DNA of 64,000 bases from Candidatus Heimdallarchaeota archaeon (GTDB lineage Archaea; Asgardarchaeota; Heimdallarchaeia; Hodarchaeales; Hodarchaeaceae). Below the pieces are notes generated by a model that saw only the letters and a list, made by a program, of their open reading frames with translations, was not told where the DNA came from and did not search any database. The stretch spans positions 2,642,155 to 2,706,154 of the forward strand of contig CP070695.1 in the NCBI GenBank assembly GCA_020353515.1, given 5' to 3'. Numbering within the stretch: the first letter of the stretch is position 1; every line of letters starts with the position of its first letter. Positions 18,607 through 28,378 of this stretch are shown piece after piece. The translations under genes were made by a program, and so were the position numbers.

Positions 18607-21084
18607 GTGGGCGCTATTATTTCAATTTTTGCCGAGAAACCTTCTATTGCGCGTGCTCTCGTTAAAGCCTTTTCTATTGTTTATAAACTGAAATTTAAAA
18701 GCCGAAAAGGCAAAACAAGATATAATTATGTCTTCGAAAGCACGATATCTAATCATGCAATCCGTTTCAAAATAGAAAAAGATGAATATCGCCTTCGTAA
18801 AGACGATCAGCTCCTCATATCTAGTGTTACTGGACATATCCTCAATTATGATTATCCTCCACCTTTTGATAAAGATACCAACTGGCATAATTCAGATCCT
18901 CTTAATATGATAGAGCTTGTACCGATAGAGATCCCAATTCAAAAGAACATGGTTTCGCATATTGAGGAGATAGGGACAGCTTCTGATGTGATTGTTATTG
19001 CTACTGATTGGGATGGTCATGGTGAATCTATCGGCCGTCAGATTCTTGAAATAGCTGCTAGAAGTAACAAGAAAATTCGTCACGGACGGATGCATTTTAC
19101 TAGTACTAATCCAAACTCCTTGAAAAAAGCGTTTGAAACTCAGACAGATCTCAACTGGGATTGGATTAAACAGGTTGATTCTCTTAGAAAACAAGATTTA
19201 CGAATGGGGTCATCAATAACTCGATTTTTAACTGTTGGAATCCAAAACCAAGGAATTAAAAATCGAATGATTTCATATGGTCCTTGTCAGACGAGTGTTT
19301 TATGGTTAATTACAAATAGGTTTCTTGAGAATAGCAACTTCACTCCTACGAAATTTTGGAAAGTTTCTGTTAAAATTGCCACATTAGAAGGGCCATTATT
19401 TCTGGATTGGAAAGAAAATCCTGTAAAAGAGGAAGCTATCGTTGACTCCTTAATAACCAAATTAAAGAAAGTTGCAGAAGGTATCATAACAGAATATAAT
19501 GAGGAGTCTGCATCTATCAAGCGTCCACTACCATTAGACACTGATACTCTTGAATCAGAGTGTGCCCAGTTCTTCAGAATTAGTCCAAAACAAGTAGCAG
19601 ATATTGCTGAAAGATTGTACAACAATGGTTATATTACCTATCCACGAACAGAGAGTTCATTCTACCTTGAAAAAGACCTTACTAGCTTAGCTGAAAAGTT
19701 TACATCTCATGATGAATTTGGTCTTGTAGCAAAAGAGTGTATTGCCTTAGAAGGTGTACTTAATCCCAGTAAAGGCAGATTTACAAAAGATCACGAGCCA
19801 ATCAAACCTGTAAAAGCAGCCACACAATCTGAAATCAAAAAATCCTTTAAAAAAACACCTGCGTTGGCCAATCAAGCGTGGAATATCTATTCTTATATTG
19901 TATGGAGATTTTTGGCTACTATTCACTCTGAAGCTACTGTTGTGAATCAATATATTATTCTTAATGCTGCACAAGAGGAATTCATTGCAAAAGGAAGAAA
20001 AATAATTGATCTAGGCTTTCTCAAATTTTATAAATTCAGAAGCTTAAAGGGAAAAGAATTACCTCGGTTTGAGAAGGGAAGTACTCACTTAATTGAAGCC
20101 TTTAAACATCAGGGATTTACAACTCCACCCCCTTTATGGAGTGAATCTCAGTTAATCCGAGAAATGGCAAGACTTAATCTTGGAACTGATGCCACACGAT
20201 CAACGCATATTGAAACAGTTCAGAAACGGATGTACACCATAAGTCAAGGACCACGGAGAATGCTAGTACCAACAGCTCTCGGAATGGCATTATATCAGAT
20301 ATTTACTCAAAATTCAGAAGACCTTATTTTACCTGAAATTCGAGGGAAAGTTGAATCTTGGACCATGCAAATTCGAGAACATGAAAAAACTCCCGAAGAT
20401 GTCGATAAACTTGTCATCGAATTGACAACTCGTGGTTTGCAGAGAATGAAAGCTAACCATGAGGAGATCTTCTCAACACTTGTTCAAAGTATCGAATTAA
20501 TGACTGGAATAGGGAAAATTTTGGGTCAATGCCCCGATTGTCAAGGAAATCTTATTCTCCATCAGGGAAAACGAGATTCACGATTCTTAAAGTGTTCTAA
20601 TCCTCTTTGTGAGGTGAGCCTTCCGCTCCCAAAAAAAGGTGAATTAACGGCAATATATAATGAGAACTGTCGCATTTGTAACGGAACTCCACTCCTGATC
20701 TCAACAAAATCTTATACTTGGATTATGTGTCCTATCTGCTGGACAAGAAAGGCCGAGGAAGATCGTCCATGGTTTTGTACTGATTGTAATAGAACAGATT
20801 GCCCTTTTTCAGGGTCATGGGAGGTTCCTTCTCCTGAACAACATCTTGGGAATTGTCCTGAATGCGGAGGAGACGTTCTTTTAAAATTTGACCAACAAAA
20901 CACCCAAGTAATATGTAGCAAATGTAACCGTACTTGGAAAGCACCAAATCTCCGTAAAGGAACAGCTATCACCCTTAGTGATCCCTGTGAGAAATGCGGA
21001 CGTCAAACCTTGTCTGTTATAAAAAGAGGAAAAAAGCCGTACCGTATATGTGTATTTTGTTCACTTTTCTTTTTCCAGGAATAG
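18607..21084 (+). CDS. Type IA DNA topoisomerase, TopoIII-like, with TOP3B-like Cys-rich C-terminus
   Basis: AEKPS, SVTGH, ATDWD, SYGPCQ, catalytic GYITYPRTES, GTDAT; multiple CxxC zinc ribbons. Confidence 0.95.
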   Translation: MGAIISIFAEKPSIARALVKAFSIVYKLKFKSRKGKTRYNYVFESTISNHAIRFKIEKDEYRLRKDDQLLISSVTGHILNYDYPPPFDKDTNWHNSDPLNMIELVPIEIPIQKNMVSHIEEIGTASDVIVIATDWDGHGESIGRQILEIAARSNKKIRHGRMHFTSTNPNSLKKAFETQTDLNWDWIKQVDSLRKQDLRMGSSITRFLTVGIQNQGIKNRMISYGPCQTSVLWLITNRFLENSNFTPTKFWKVSVKIATLEGPLFLDWKENPVKEEAIVDSLITKLKKVAEGIITEYNEESASIKRPLPLDTDTLESECAQFFRISPKQVADIAERLYNNGYITYPRTESSFYLEKDLTSLAEKFTSHDEFGLVAKECIALEGVLNPSKGRFTKDHEPIKPVKAATQSEIKKSFKKTPALANQAWNIYSYIVWRFLATIHSEATVVNQYIILNAAQEEFIAKGRKIIDLGFLKFYKFRSLKGKELPRFEKGSTHLIEAFKHQGFTTPPPLWSESQLIREMARLNLGTDATRSTHIETVQKRMYTISQGPRRMLVPTALGMALYQIFTQNSEDLILPEIRGKVESWTMQIREHEKTPEDVDKLVIELTTRGLQRMKANHEEIFSTLVQSIELMTGIGKILGQCPDCQGNLILHQGKRDSRFLKCSNPLCEVSLPLPKKGELTAIYNENCRICNGTPLLISTKSYTWIMCPICWTRKAEEDRPWFCTDCNRTDCPFSGSWEVPSPEQHLGNCPECGGDVLLKFDQQNTQVICSKCNRTWKAPNLRKGTAITLSDPCEKCGRQTLSVIKRGKKPYRICVFCSLFFFQE

Positions 21085-21296
21085 TGGACGCCATCATTCT
21101 GTCGATTGTTGAATGAGAGAAAAGAAGTCGAATCTATTCCTCCACCAGAGCGTTTTTAGATTTATCATCTGGTTGGTGTAATGAAATACCACAATTTATA
21201 AGTTGTGAGAATAAAATGATATAAAATATTTTAATTTGTTCTTATGATAACTATCACTAAGATGACTTGATGTTGAGGCCCTTTTTGGTGAATTGA

Positions 21297-23750
21297 ATGA
21301 GCACAGAAAGGCTAGAGAAGGATCCTGCACCAGCAGCAATTAGATATCTTGTATTAACAAGCGCTTTCACATGTTTATTCACAGGATTATCCTTTGTTCT
21401 TGCTCGAGTAGGTACAAGTACTCAAGAAGATCAATTTTACCAAACTGCAATGACAGGATTCACTTTAGTTTTTGCTATGACGATGGTAGAGTGGTTTTTA
21501 CTTCGTCGTTCTCGAAGACTTATCGGGCCTTACGGTTTTGCTTTTGTACTTGAGATCATTAAGTATCTTCTATTCGGTTTTGCTACTGCTCAATATATTG
21601 AAGCGGTTCCAAGGGTATCCGCTTCTCCCTTTTTCCTTCACCAAATACTCTCATTAGGTATCGTTTTTCTACTTGCATTGACTAAAATTGCTCGTACTAG
21701 GATTGATCAACTCGCCCAAAAGGATATTAGCAGAAATGTCTTGAATCTTTTACCTACAGTACTTATTTTAGTTGTTTTTTTAGGAACATATGTCACAGAA
21801 ATAGTGGGACTAGGTACTCCAAGACAGCGTATTGAGTTTGAGGATTATGAAAAAAAGAATATTGACTGGAGCTTATTTCATACTCCAACTTGGGATGCGA
21901 CCTATCTCCTTGAGAATCTTCTTGACCAATTTACTGCGGGAATACAAAACCCCTACAAAGCTCTCTTTAATGTGTCAAACGAACTCGGTGCCGATCCAAC
22001 CTCACCACCCGCCTACTGGAGGGTTGGTAGTCTTGAAACATATGAATTGCACGATAAAGGAGAAGACCCCACAACAAGATGGACGTCCGTAGACCCATTG
22101 GGGTATCGGATACTGACTCCTAGTTCAGAAAGTGAAGGTACATCATATTCATCAGATATTGACCCGTCGGATAGAATAGCTGAATTTAAGGTCGAAGTTC
22201 CTCTAGACTATAGTACCGCGAGTGCAGATGTCAGTGTAAATCCAAATTTTCCAAATTATCTCCCTTCGCCTTGGAATGGCAAGAGTGGCGCGTATATAGA
22301 TGAGAACTCCTTCGTACTATATGACTCAAACGATAGGAGAATAAATACACTCACAACTCAAACAAAAGAAGTTTATCCAGGAGGATATAGCGATTCATTT
22401 GATGATCTATTAGGAATCCAAGCCTACATCACTACAGGCGAAAATTCTGCAAAAGAGGGGGTATTTGAATATACAATAAACTATAAAGATATAAGTGAGA
22501 CATTATATGATGCAGCACTGTTCTCAAAAACCAAAGATGATTATCAAAGCATTTTAGGATCATCAGACTGGATCGATATTCGAGATCTTTACTTACAGTA
22601 TCCTAATACTTCCTCAGAATTACCAAGTGATGCATATGTATATGGAACAGGTCCAGGAGTTACCCCAGATTATTATAGAGATTGGGCTCCTGAGGTGGTG
22701 GCAAGTACCATTGATCAATGTACTATTCCAGGTCAGAGTGTTTTTTCCCAAGCATATACAGAAATGCAGAGATTAGCCCCAAATTATTATATTAATACAA
22801 ACGAAGATGTAGCTGCGGAACTAGGAGGAACACTTCAATCTGATCCTGACCGTATTCCAGTACCTGGTTCAACTGGAGAATTTGAGCTTGCATTTGATTT
22901 TGATATGTGGTTAGGAGAGTACGCAACTATAGCTGCTATGACTGGAGAAGATGAGTATGATATGCCTCACCCTGAACCCTATGAAGATTATAATGAATGG
23001 TTCATAAATAATAAGCAAGGAACCGCACTTCACTTTGCTTCCCTTTTCGTGACTATGATGCGTTTACGGGGGATACCAAGTCGTGTAGTAATAGGTTATT
23101 TAGGAGGGTCGGAATCTACTGACAAAACAAAACTTGTAATTACAAATATGATGCTTCATGCTTGGGCTGAAGTACTGATACCCATCGAAGAGATTATTCC
23201 AGGACTCCCACCGACAATAGAACGACGAACTGAATGGGTCAGTTTTGATCCCCTTTTGAAATTCTTATCAGATATTCTTCAAACAGGCACTCCAATAGAC
23301 ATGCCAGTTATGTCAGAAGTATCAACTACCGTCTTAATTGGTTCCGATTATGATCACAGGGCTTTTGGACCCGCTACTGCCCCTATCGCGAATATTACTA
23401 CCACAGATGACTCTGATCAAACCTTAAACTTAGTACAAGACAATATTACCCTTTCTGCTCGTCTTATGATGGTCACTGGAGTGTCTACTTGGATGCCCTG
23501 GCAACCAGCCTGTGATTATCTTGGTACAAGAATGTCTTTTTATTGGAGTAACACTCGTACCTTTAGTGATGACTCACGCTATTTTATTGGTAATTCAACT
23601 ATTGATAGCGCTGGTTATGGCTCGGTTCAGTTTGACTATGATATTTTAGATTATGGTTCTCCAATTTGGTTTTTTGCACGAGTTGTTTTTAATCCAGGAG
23701 CTACTGATCAGCACATAGCAGGAGCTAGATCTCTTAGACACGAGATATAG
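21297..23750 (+). CDS. Membrane protein with transglutaminase-like domain (catalytic Cys absent)
   Basis: About 5 N-terminal TM helices, YWR, GTALHFAS...RLRGIPSRVVIGY, HAWAEV, WVSFDP. Confidence 0.85.
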   Translation: MSTERLEKDPAPAAIRYLVLTSAFTCLFTGLSFVLARVGTSTQEDQFYQTAMTGFTLVFAMTMVEWFLLRRSRRLIGPYGFAFVLEIIKYLLFGFATAQYIEAVPRVSASPFFLHQILSLGIVFLLALTKIARTRIDQLAQKDISRNVLNLLPTVLILVVFLGTYVTEIVGLGTPRQRIEFEDYEKKNIDWSLFHTPTWDATYLLENLLDQFTAGIQNPYKALFNVSNELGADPTSPPAYWRVGSLETYELHDKGEDPTTRWTSVDPLGYRILTPSSESEGTSYSSDIDPSDRIAEFKVEVPLDYSTASADVSVNPNFPNYLPSPWNGKSGAYIDENSFVLYDSNDRRINTLTTQTKEVYPGGYSDSFDDLLGIQAYITTGENSAKEGVFEYTINYKDISETLYDAALFSKTKDDYQSILGSSDWIDIRDLYLQYPNTSSELPSDAYVYGTGPGVTPDYYRDWAPEVVASTIDQCTIPGQSVFSQAYTEMQRLAPNYYINTNEDVAAELGGTLQSDPDRIPVPGSTGEFELAFDFDMWLGEYATIAAMTGEDEYDMPHPEPYEDYNEWFINNKQGTALHFASLFVTMMRLRGIPSRVVIGYLGGSESTDKTKLVITNMMLHAWAEVLIPIEEIIPGLPPTIERRTEWVSFDPLLKFLSDILQTGTPIDMPVMSEVSTTVLIGSDYDHRAFGPATAPIANITTTDDSDQTLNLVQDNITLSARLMMVTGVSTWMPWQPACDYLGTRMSFYWSNTRTFSDDSRYFIGNSTIDSAGYGSVQFDYDILDYGSPIWFFARVVFNPGATDQHIAGARSLRHEI

Positions 23751-23967
23751 GTCAAAATTACTCATCTATTACTGCAAATTAGCTGCTTTAGGCTTTAATC
23801 TGAATTTGTTCACCCAATGGATAGGTTTTATGGATGAACAAAAATAAAATAAATAGTTATAAAAACAAAGCCTACATATCCTTTTCACTCGATAAACGTC
23901 AATTCCTTACAAGTGTGAGTAGGAATACTGTAAAATTAGATTATTAATACTGGAGAATGGATAAAAA

Positions 23968-24282
23968 ATGGCAAAAGACAAGATTTATGGCTATGGAATC
24001 TTCTTTCTAACTATTATCTTCTTAATTATATACACATATTATGTACCAATCCAGTCTTGGATCGGAGCAGATCATGAATTAATGTTCAATCCTTTGAATT
24101 TGGCTGTCGCTGATTTAGTCATGGTACCTGTTTATCTTGCAACTTTGATGATCGGATTCATAATTGCCTGGATAGGTATCACAATGGCTACTACACCTCC
24201 TCCAGAACCCATTGACCTAGATGATCTGAATCTCGATGAGGAGGAGTTTGAGGAAGAGGAAGAAGAAGAAAAAGACGATTGA
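23968..24282 (+). CDS. Small 2-TM protein, DPM2-like, with acidic tail
   Basis: KD..G...IYTYY...H...VP...IAWIGITMATTPPP. Confidence 0.7.
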   Translation: MAKDKIYGYGIFFLTIIFLIIYTYYVPIQSWIGADHELMFNPLNLAVADLVMVPVYLATLMIGFIIAWIGITMATTPPPEPIDLDDLNLDEEEFEEEEEEEKDD

Positions 24283-24360
24283 GAACAGAAACATTATTTA
24301 TATCTGTTCATTTATTTCTCATTTTTTCTAGGTTTTTTTTTATTTTTATAATCTAAATCA

Positions 24361-25386
24361 TCAAGGAGGGTCTGGGATTCCCAATAGATTATCAAGAAAA
24401 TTAGGATAATAGATTGCGATAAAGAATAGTAGAAGAATGGTAATCCCAACTAATAAAAGTTGCTTATCAAAAAATAATCGTTCCGCTCTCCGTCCTACAA
24501 TGCTATTCCCTGAGACCAGAAATAAATAGCGGAAAATTGCAAAAGTAAATAAGGGAAGTGCGAGTACAATAAAAACTGTTTCATTAGGATGACGGTCTAC
24601 TAAGTAGATAAAGACTGCTAAAAGCTCAATTGCTGCACTAGTCGCCAAACTTTGATCCAAAAGCTCTGGGGTATATTTTTCAAAGACCTGCTTGTGTTGA
24701 ATGGCTTTTTCTTTTAATATAGAAAAATCCCCCTTCCGTTTAGCTAATGAAAGCATCATTGCTGTTATAAAGCAGAGAATTATAAGCCATGGAGAGACAT
24801 ATACATTGATGAGTACGGCACCTGCGATTGCTCGCCAAACATAGTTTACAGAAATCATAATTGTATCCGCGAAGACAACTCGTTTCAGAAAAAGAGAGTA
24901 GATCTGACTAGTGATAAAGAATCCACCTAAGACTAAAATAAACGCCGCTTTTGAGGGATTAGAAATACTTCCCTGCTCTATTACTTCATCATATGCACCA
25001 GAAGAGATAATAGGTGATGGGGGTAGGATTATTAAAATTATAACGATGAATAAAGATAAAAGAAGGGCAATAAGTAATCCAAAGAAATTAGATATAGTAC
25101 CCGAGGGGAAGGGACGGTTCTTTTTTTCTGGATGATGACGATCCTTTTCTCGATCACGAAAGTCGTTTATCAGATAGTTTAAGGAGGAAGTGAGACAGAG
25201 TACGATAAATGCCAAAACGATAGGAAACCAAAGCTCAGTTTTGAACAGATTTCTTGAAAAGAATAATCCAAAAAAAACTAGGAAATTTTTGTAATATTGG
25301 TGAGGCCTGAGAAGAAAGAAAATAGCCCGAAGGCGGTCATTCAAAGTGATCACTGGTTGATTTGATCTTGATAGCTCTGCTGGCAT
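24361..25386 (-). CDS. UbiA-superfamily, decaprenyl-phosphate phosphoribosyltransferase-like
   Basis: RPHQYYKN, YLINDFRDREKDRHHPEKKNRP, LAKRKGD. Confidence 0.88.
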   Translation of the reverse strand: MPAELSRSNQPVITLNDRLRAIFFLLRPHQYYKNFLVFFGLFFSRNLFKTELWFPIVLAFIVLCLTSSLNYLINDFRDREKDRHHPEKKNRPFPSGTISNFFGLLIALLLSLFIVIILIILPPSPIISSGAYDEVIEQGSISNPSKAAFILVLGGFFITSQIYSLFLKRVVFADTIMISVNYVWRAIAGAVLINVYVSPWLIILCFITAMMLSLAKRKGDFSILKEKAIQHKQVFEKYTPELLDQSLATSAAIELLAVFIYLVDRHPNETVFIVLALPLFTFAIFRYLFLVSGNSIVGRRAERLFFDKQLLLVGITILLLFFIAIYYPNFLDNLLGIPDPP

Positions 25387-25419
25387 TGAAATTTCAGCTC
25401 CTATTACCGTTACTTGTTT

Positions 25420-25818
25420 TCAACCAAAATGTTTGGCTGCACTTTTCTTGTAGTATTGTAAAAGTTCGAAGAGGATTATGCCTGGATCTAAATCATCTCC
25501 AATAGCTGCCAACACGTTGCTAGTATCCATTCGTAGAGCAATCATATAACGATTTGCTCGTCCTTCTTTAGCAACGATCCCTCTATCGTTACGTAAAATC
25601 ATTTCATAAATCTCATTATTAGAGAGGCGAATGGGCATGGGAGGCATATCAGACTGAAGGACAACGAGGAGATTTGAACTTGTAAGGGCATTACCAAGAG
25701 ATTCATCACCTGCATTTCCCATTAACCCCTCATTCATCTCGAGATGGACAAGTGTGTTTAGTTGAAGCTCTTTTAACATTTGATTCAGAGGGTACGGGGA
25801 TTTTTGCGTCATATTCAT
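25420..25818 (-). CDS. Hypothetical, possible profilin/roadblock-like fold
   Basis: About 130 aa with helix-strands-helix pattern; see findings. Confidence 0.55.
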   Translation of the reverse strand: MNMTQKSPYPLNQMLKELQLNTLVHLEMNEGLMGNAGDESLGNALTSSNLLVVLQSDMPPMPIRLSNNEIYEMILRNDRGIVAKEGRANRYMIALRMDTSNVLAAIGDDLDPGIILFELLQYYKKSAAKHFG

Positions 25819-25866
25819 CCTTTTAATGGAATTTAAAGGGTTATAAAAAAATGTTTTATTAACTAA

Positions 25867-26355
25867 ATGAGATTTTTTTATATTGAAAAAAATGTGATTA
25901 ACTGTCTATCTTATGTTATAAGAATAGAGGATCTTTCTTTGGAAACCCTAACATCTCTTCAACAATTTGAGCTTGTTTTAATACCTTTTTGTTTTCTGTT
26001 TAGTCAGATTCTAATCCTGATATTCGGATTAAATTTCCTTGGTAATGAAACTTGGGTAATGATGGGCATTCCAGTACTGTTAGGCTCTATAATCAGTTTT
26101 ATATTCGGATATTTTTTAAATCACAAGAAATTAATTCAAGAATTTAAACAACTAGAGAAGCTATTTCGTATTTTGGTGTTAGCTGGAGGTGGAGCTTTAA
26201 TCCCACTATTGATAGCTCAAAATTTTCATTTTATGAACGTTTTTTTGATCTTTTTTATTCTATCACTCATTTTCTCAACATTAGGTGGAACAATGACAAT
26301 TTCGTGTATCCTTCTGGTCTGGCATTTTCGACTTATTCAGAAACCTTCAGAATGA
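25867..26355 (+). CDS. Hypothetical 4-TM membrane protein
   Basis: Four hydrophobic segments; no recognisable motif. Confidence 0.5.
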   Translation: MRFFYIEKNVINCLSYVIRIEDLSLETLTSLQQFELVLIPFCFLFSQILILIFGLNFLGNETWVMMGIPVLLGSIISFIFGYFLNHKKLIQEFKQLEKLFRILVLAGGGALIPLLIAQNFHFMNVFLIFFILSLIFSTLGGTMTISCILLVWHFRLIQKPSE

Positions 26356-27034
26356 TTCGTGCGTCCACTACAGACACTCCATCCTCAGTAGCAAAGACTG
26401 GATTTAAATCCAGTTCTTCGATCTCTGGATGATGATCAACAAAAGTAGATGTTTTTATCAGTAAATCAACAAGTGCTTTTTTATTTATAGGAGGCTGTCC
26501 TCTGATTCCATCCAGTATTTTTGCTGCTTTAATCTCAGAAAGCATTTCTGTGGCGTCTTCACGTTCAATAGGGATTAATCGAAAAACAACATCCTTTAGA
26601 ACCTCGACATAAATCCCACCAAGGCCAAACGCCAAGATTGGCCCGAACATCTGATCTACTGTTGAACCCACAAGGAGTTCGATACCTGATTGCATTTTTT
26701 CTATGATGTATCCTTCGATTTTTGCATTGGGAACTTTTTGGGAGATTCTCTGTTGCATTTGCTCAAATCTTTCCTTGAGTTCGGTAGTACTTCTGATTTC
26801 AGTGACCACTCCTCCAACATCTGATTTATGAATTATATCATGAGAACTAACTTTGAGTACAACTGGGAATCCAATCTTCTCAGCTTCAGTTATAACTTCA
26901 TTTAGGTCGGTTCCAAAACCTGTTGGATTTATTGGGAAATTCTCTTGTAATAATATTTTTTTAGATTCCTGTACGGTGAGAACTTTCTTTTTTTGCTGTA
27001 TTGCCTTCTCCAAGAATTGTCGAGTCTCAGACAC
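26333..27034 (-). CDS. acdB: ADP-forming acyl-CoA synthetase beta subunit (ATP-grasp)
   Basis: GFPVVLKV.S.DI.HKSDVGGV, FGP...FGLGGIYVE, ELDLNP, DARI. Confidence 0.93.
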   Translation of the reverse strand: MSETRQFLEKAIQQKKKVLTVQESKKILLQENFPINPTGFGTDLNEVITEAEKIGFPVVLKVSSHDIIHKSDVGGVVTEIRSTTELKERFEQMQQRISQKVPNAKIEGYIIEKMQSGIELLVGSTVDQMFGPILAFGLGGIYVEVLKDVVFRLIPIEREDATEMLSEIKAAKILDGIRGQPPINKKALVDLLIKTSTFVDHHPEIEELDLNPVFATEDGVSVVDARIILKVSE

Positions 27035-27141
27035 CCTTTTCTCATCTCTTTCTCATTATTTTTCTCGTAATAGGCCTTTTTTTTCTCTTATTTAAGGAAA
27101 AAATACTTAGTTTAACAACGTTTTGAAATTGAATAATCTAA

Positions 27142-28035
27142 TTATAGAGACTTAATTTCAATTTTTTTTACACCATTAATATGTAAACTATCTTTACTTT
27201 CGCCTAGTAAAATTGTTGCGAATTCCATTCCATCTCCTAATAAGTCACAGCAATCAGAAACAATTGCATAAATTGCTGCTTGGGTTCCTAAACTACGAAC
27301 ACCAGCTAGAATGAGAATCCAAAAATCGATTGCCTCGGGATTCTGAAACAAAGCTACCATCCCATGAGCAGGATGAGAAAAATCTTTAGAATTACTCCTG
27401 ATACTATTTTCGCTAAAATACATATCAAATTTAGATTTGAGAATTTCATTATAGTGAGCTGTTAGAGTATTGGTGATATGTCCTCCTATTAATATCAAAT
27501 TAGTTTTTTTATTACGCATCACTTTGTTATAAAGCAAATCTGTAGTGACATAATTAGGCACAAAACCTTTCTGTTTTGAAAGGTGATTTCCTAAATACCA
27601 ACATAACTCCCCTGTGAGAAATCCGTCACGAGAAATAGCATCATACCGCCCATGTGGTTCTGCACTCCCAACAACGATTTTGCCAATGAATCTCCCGTTT
27701 TTACAAAAAGCTCTTGAGATGACCTTGTTAAACGCGGTTTCCTCATTAGTTACTCCATACTTTGCTAAAGATAATACGAATTGATTTGCTACGGGTTTGA
27801 ACAGTTTAGCTCGTCCACGTTTTATCGGTTTAATGCCAATAGGTACGAGTAAACCAGCATCTCGTAATTTAGTTAAATGATAATGGACTTTTTGCTCAGA
27901 TAAATTTAGTTTTTTTGCAATACTTTTCGCATAAAGGGCATCATCACTTGATAGATGCTGCATGATCTCCCATCGGATATCATGAGCCAAAATCTGCGCT
28001 TTCTTAGGTGAGATTTCATATGTGTTCTGTACCAA
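27142..28035 (-). CDS. ArsR-type HTH regulator with C-terminal sensor-like domain
   Basis: IAKKLNLSEQKVHYHLTKLRDAGL; IVVGS..PHG, LILIGG..TN, LAG....GT.AA. Confidence 0.8.
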   Translation of the reverse strand: MVQNTYEISPKKAQILAHDIRWEIMQHLSSDDALYAKSIAKKLNLSEQKVHYHLTKLRDAGLLVPIGIKPIKRGRAKLFKPVANQFVLSLAKYGVTNEETAFNKVISRAFCKNGRFIGKIVVGSAEPHGRYDAISRDGFLTGELCWYLGNHLSKQKGFVPNYVTTDLLYNKVMRNKKTNLILIGGHITNTLTAHYNEILKSKFDMYFSENSIRSNSKDFSHPAHGMVALFQNPEAIDFWILILAGVRSLGTQAAIYAIVSDCCDLLGDGMEFATILLGESKDSLHINGVKKIEIKSL

Positions 28036-28378
28036 CTATATAACATCCCCTCGAAAGATATCTGAAGGCTTTTGGATTATTGTGATCCTTTTTATTCTTA
28101 CTGATCACATCATAACTAGATCAGTGAATTAGCAATATCAGTTCTGTCGTCTTCTTCTTGGATTTAAAATGGTTTGTGAAAAAAGAAAGGTAGAATAATC
28201 TTTTCAGGCTGTTCTAGAGTTCTTTTATTCGTCTTTTAGTAAAGTTAATTCTCTTTAACTTCAAGAAAAGTAAAAGCTAAAACATTTAAATTCTTACAAA
28301 GGTAAGTAATATGCTTTTACTGTTCTCTTCATTGGCATTCGTGTTATTCAAACTTAATTCAGGGTTGAAGCTAAGAAA

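Noticed and set aside
23789-23877. H/ACA guide RNA (stem followed by ACA)
   Set aside because: The upper stem is about 31 nt from ACA rather than 14-16, and there is no k-turn or k-loop.
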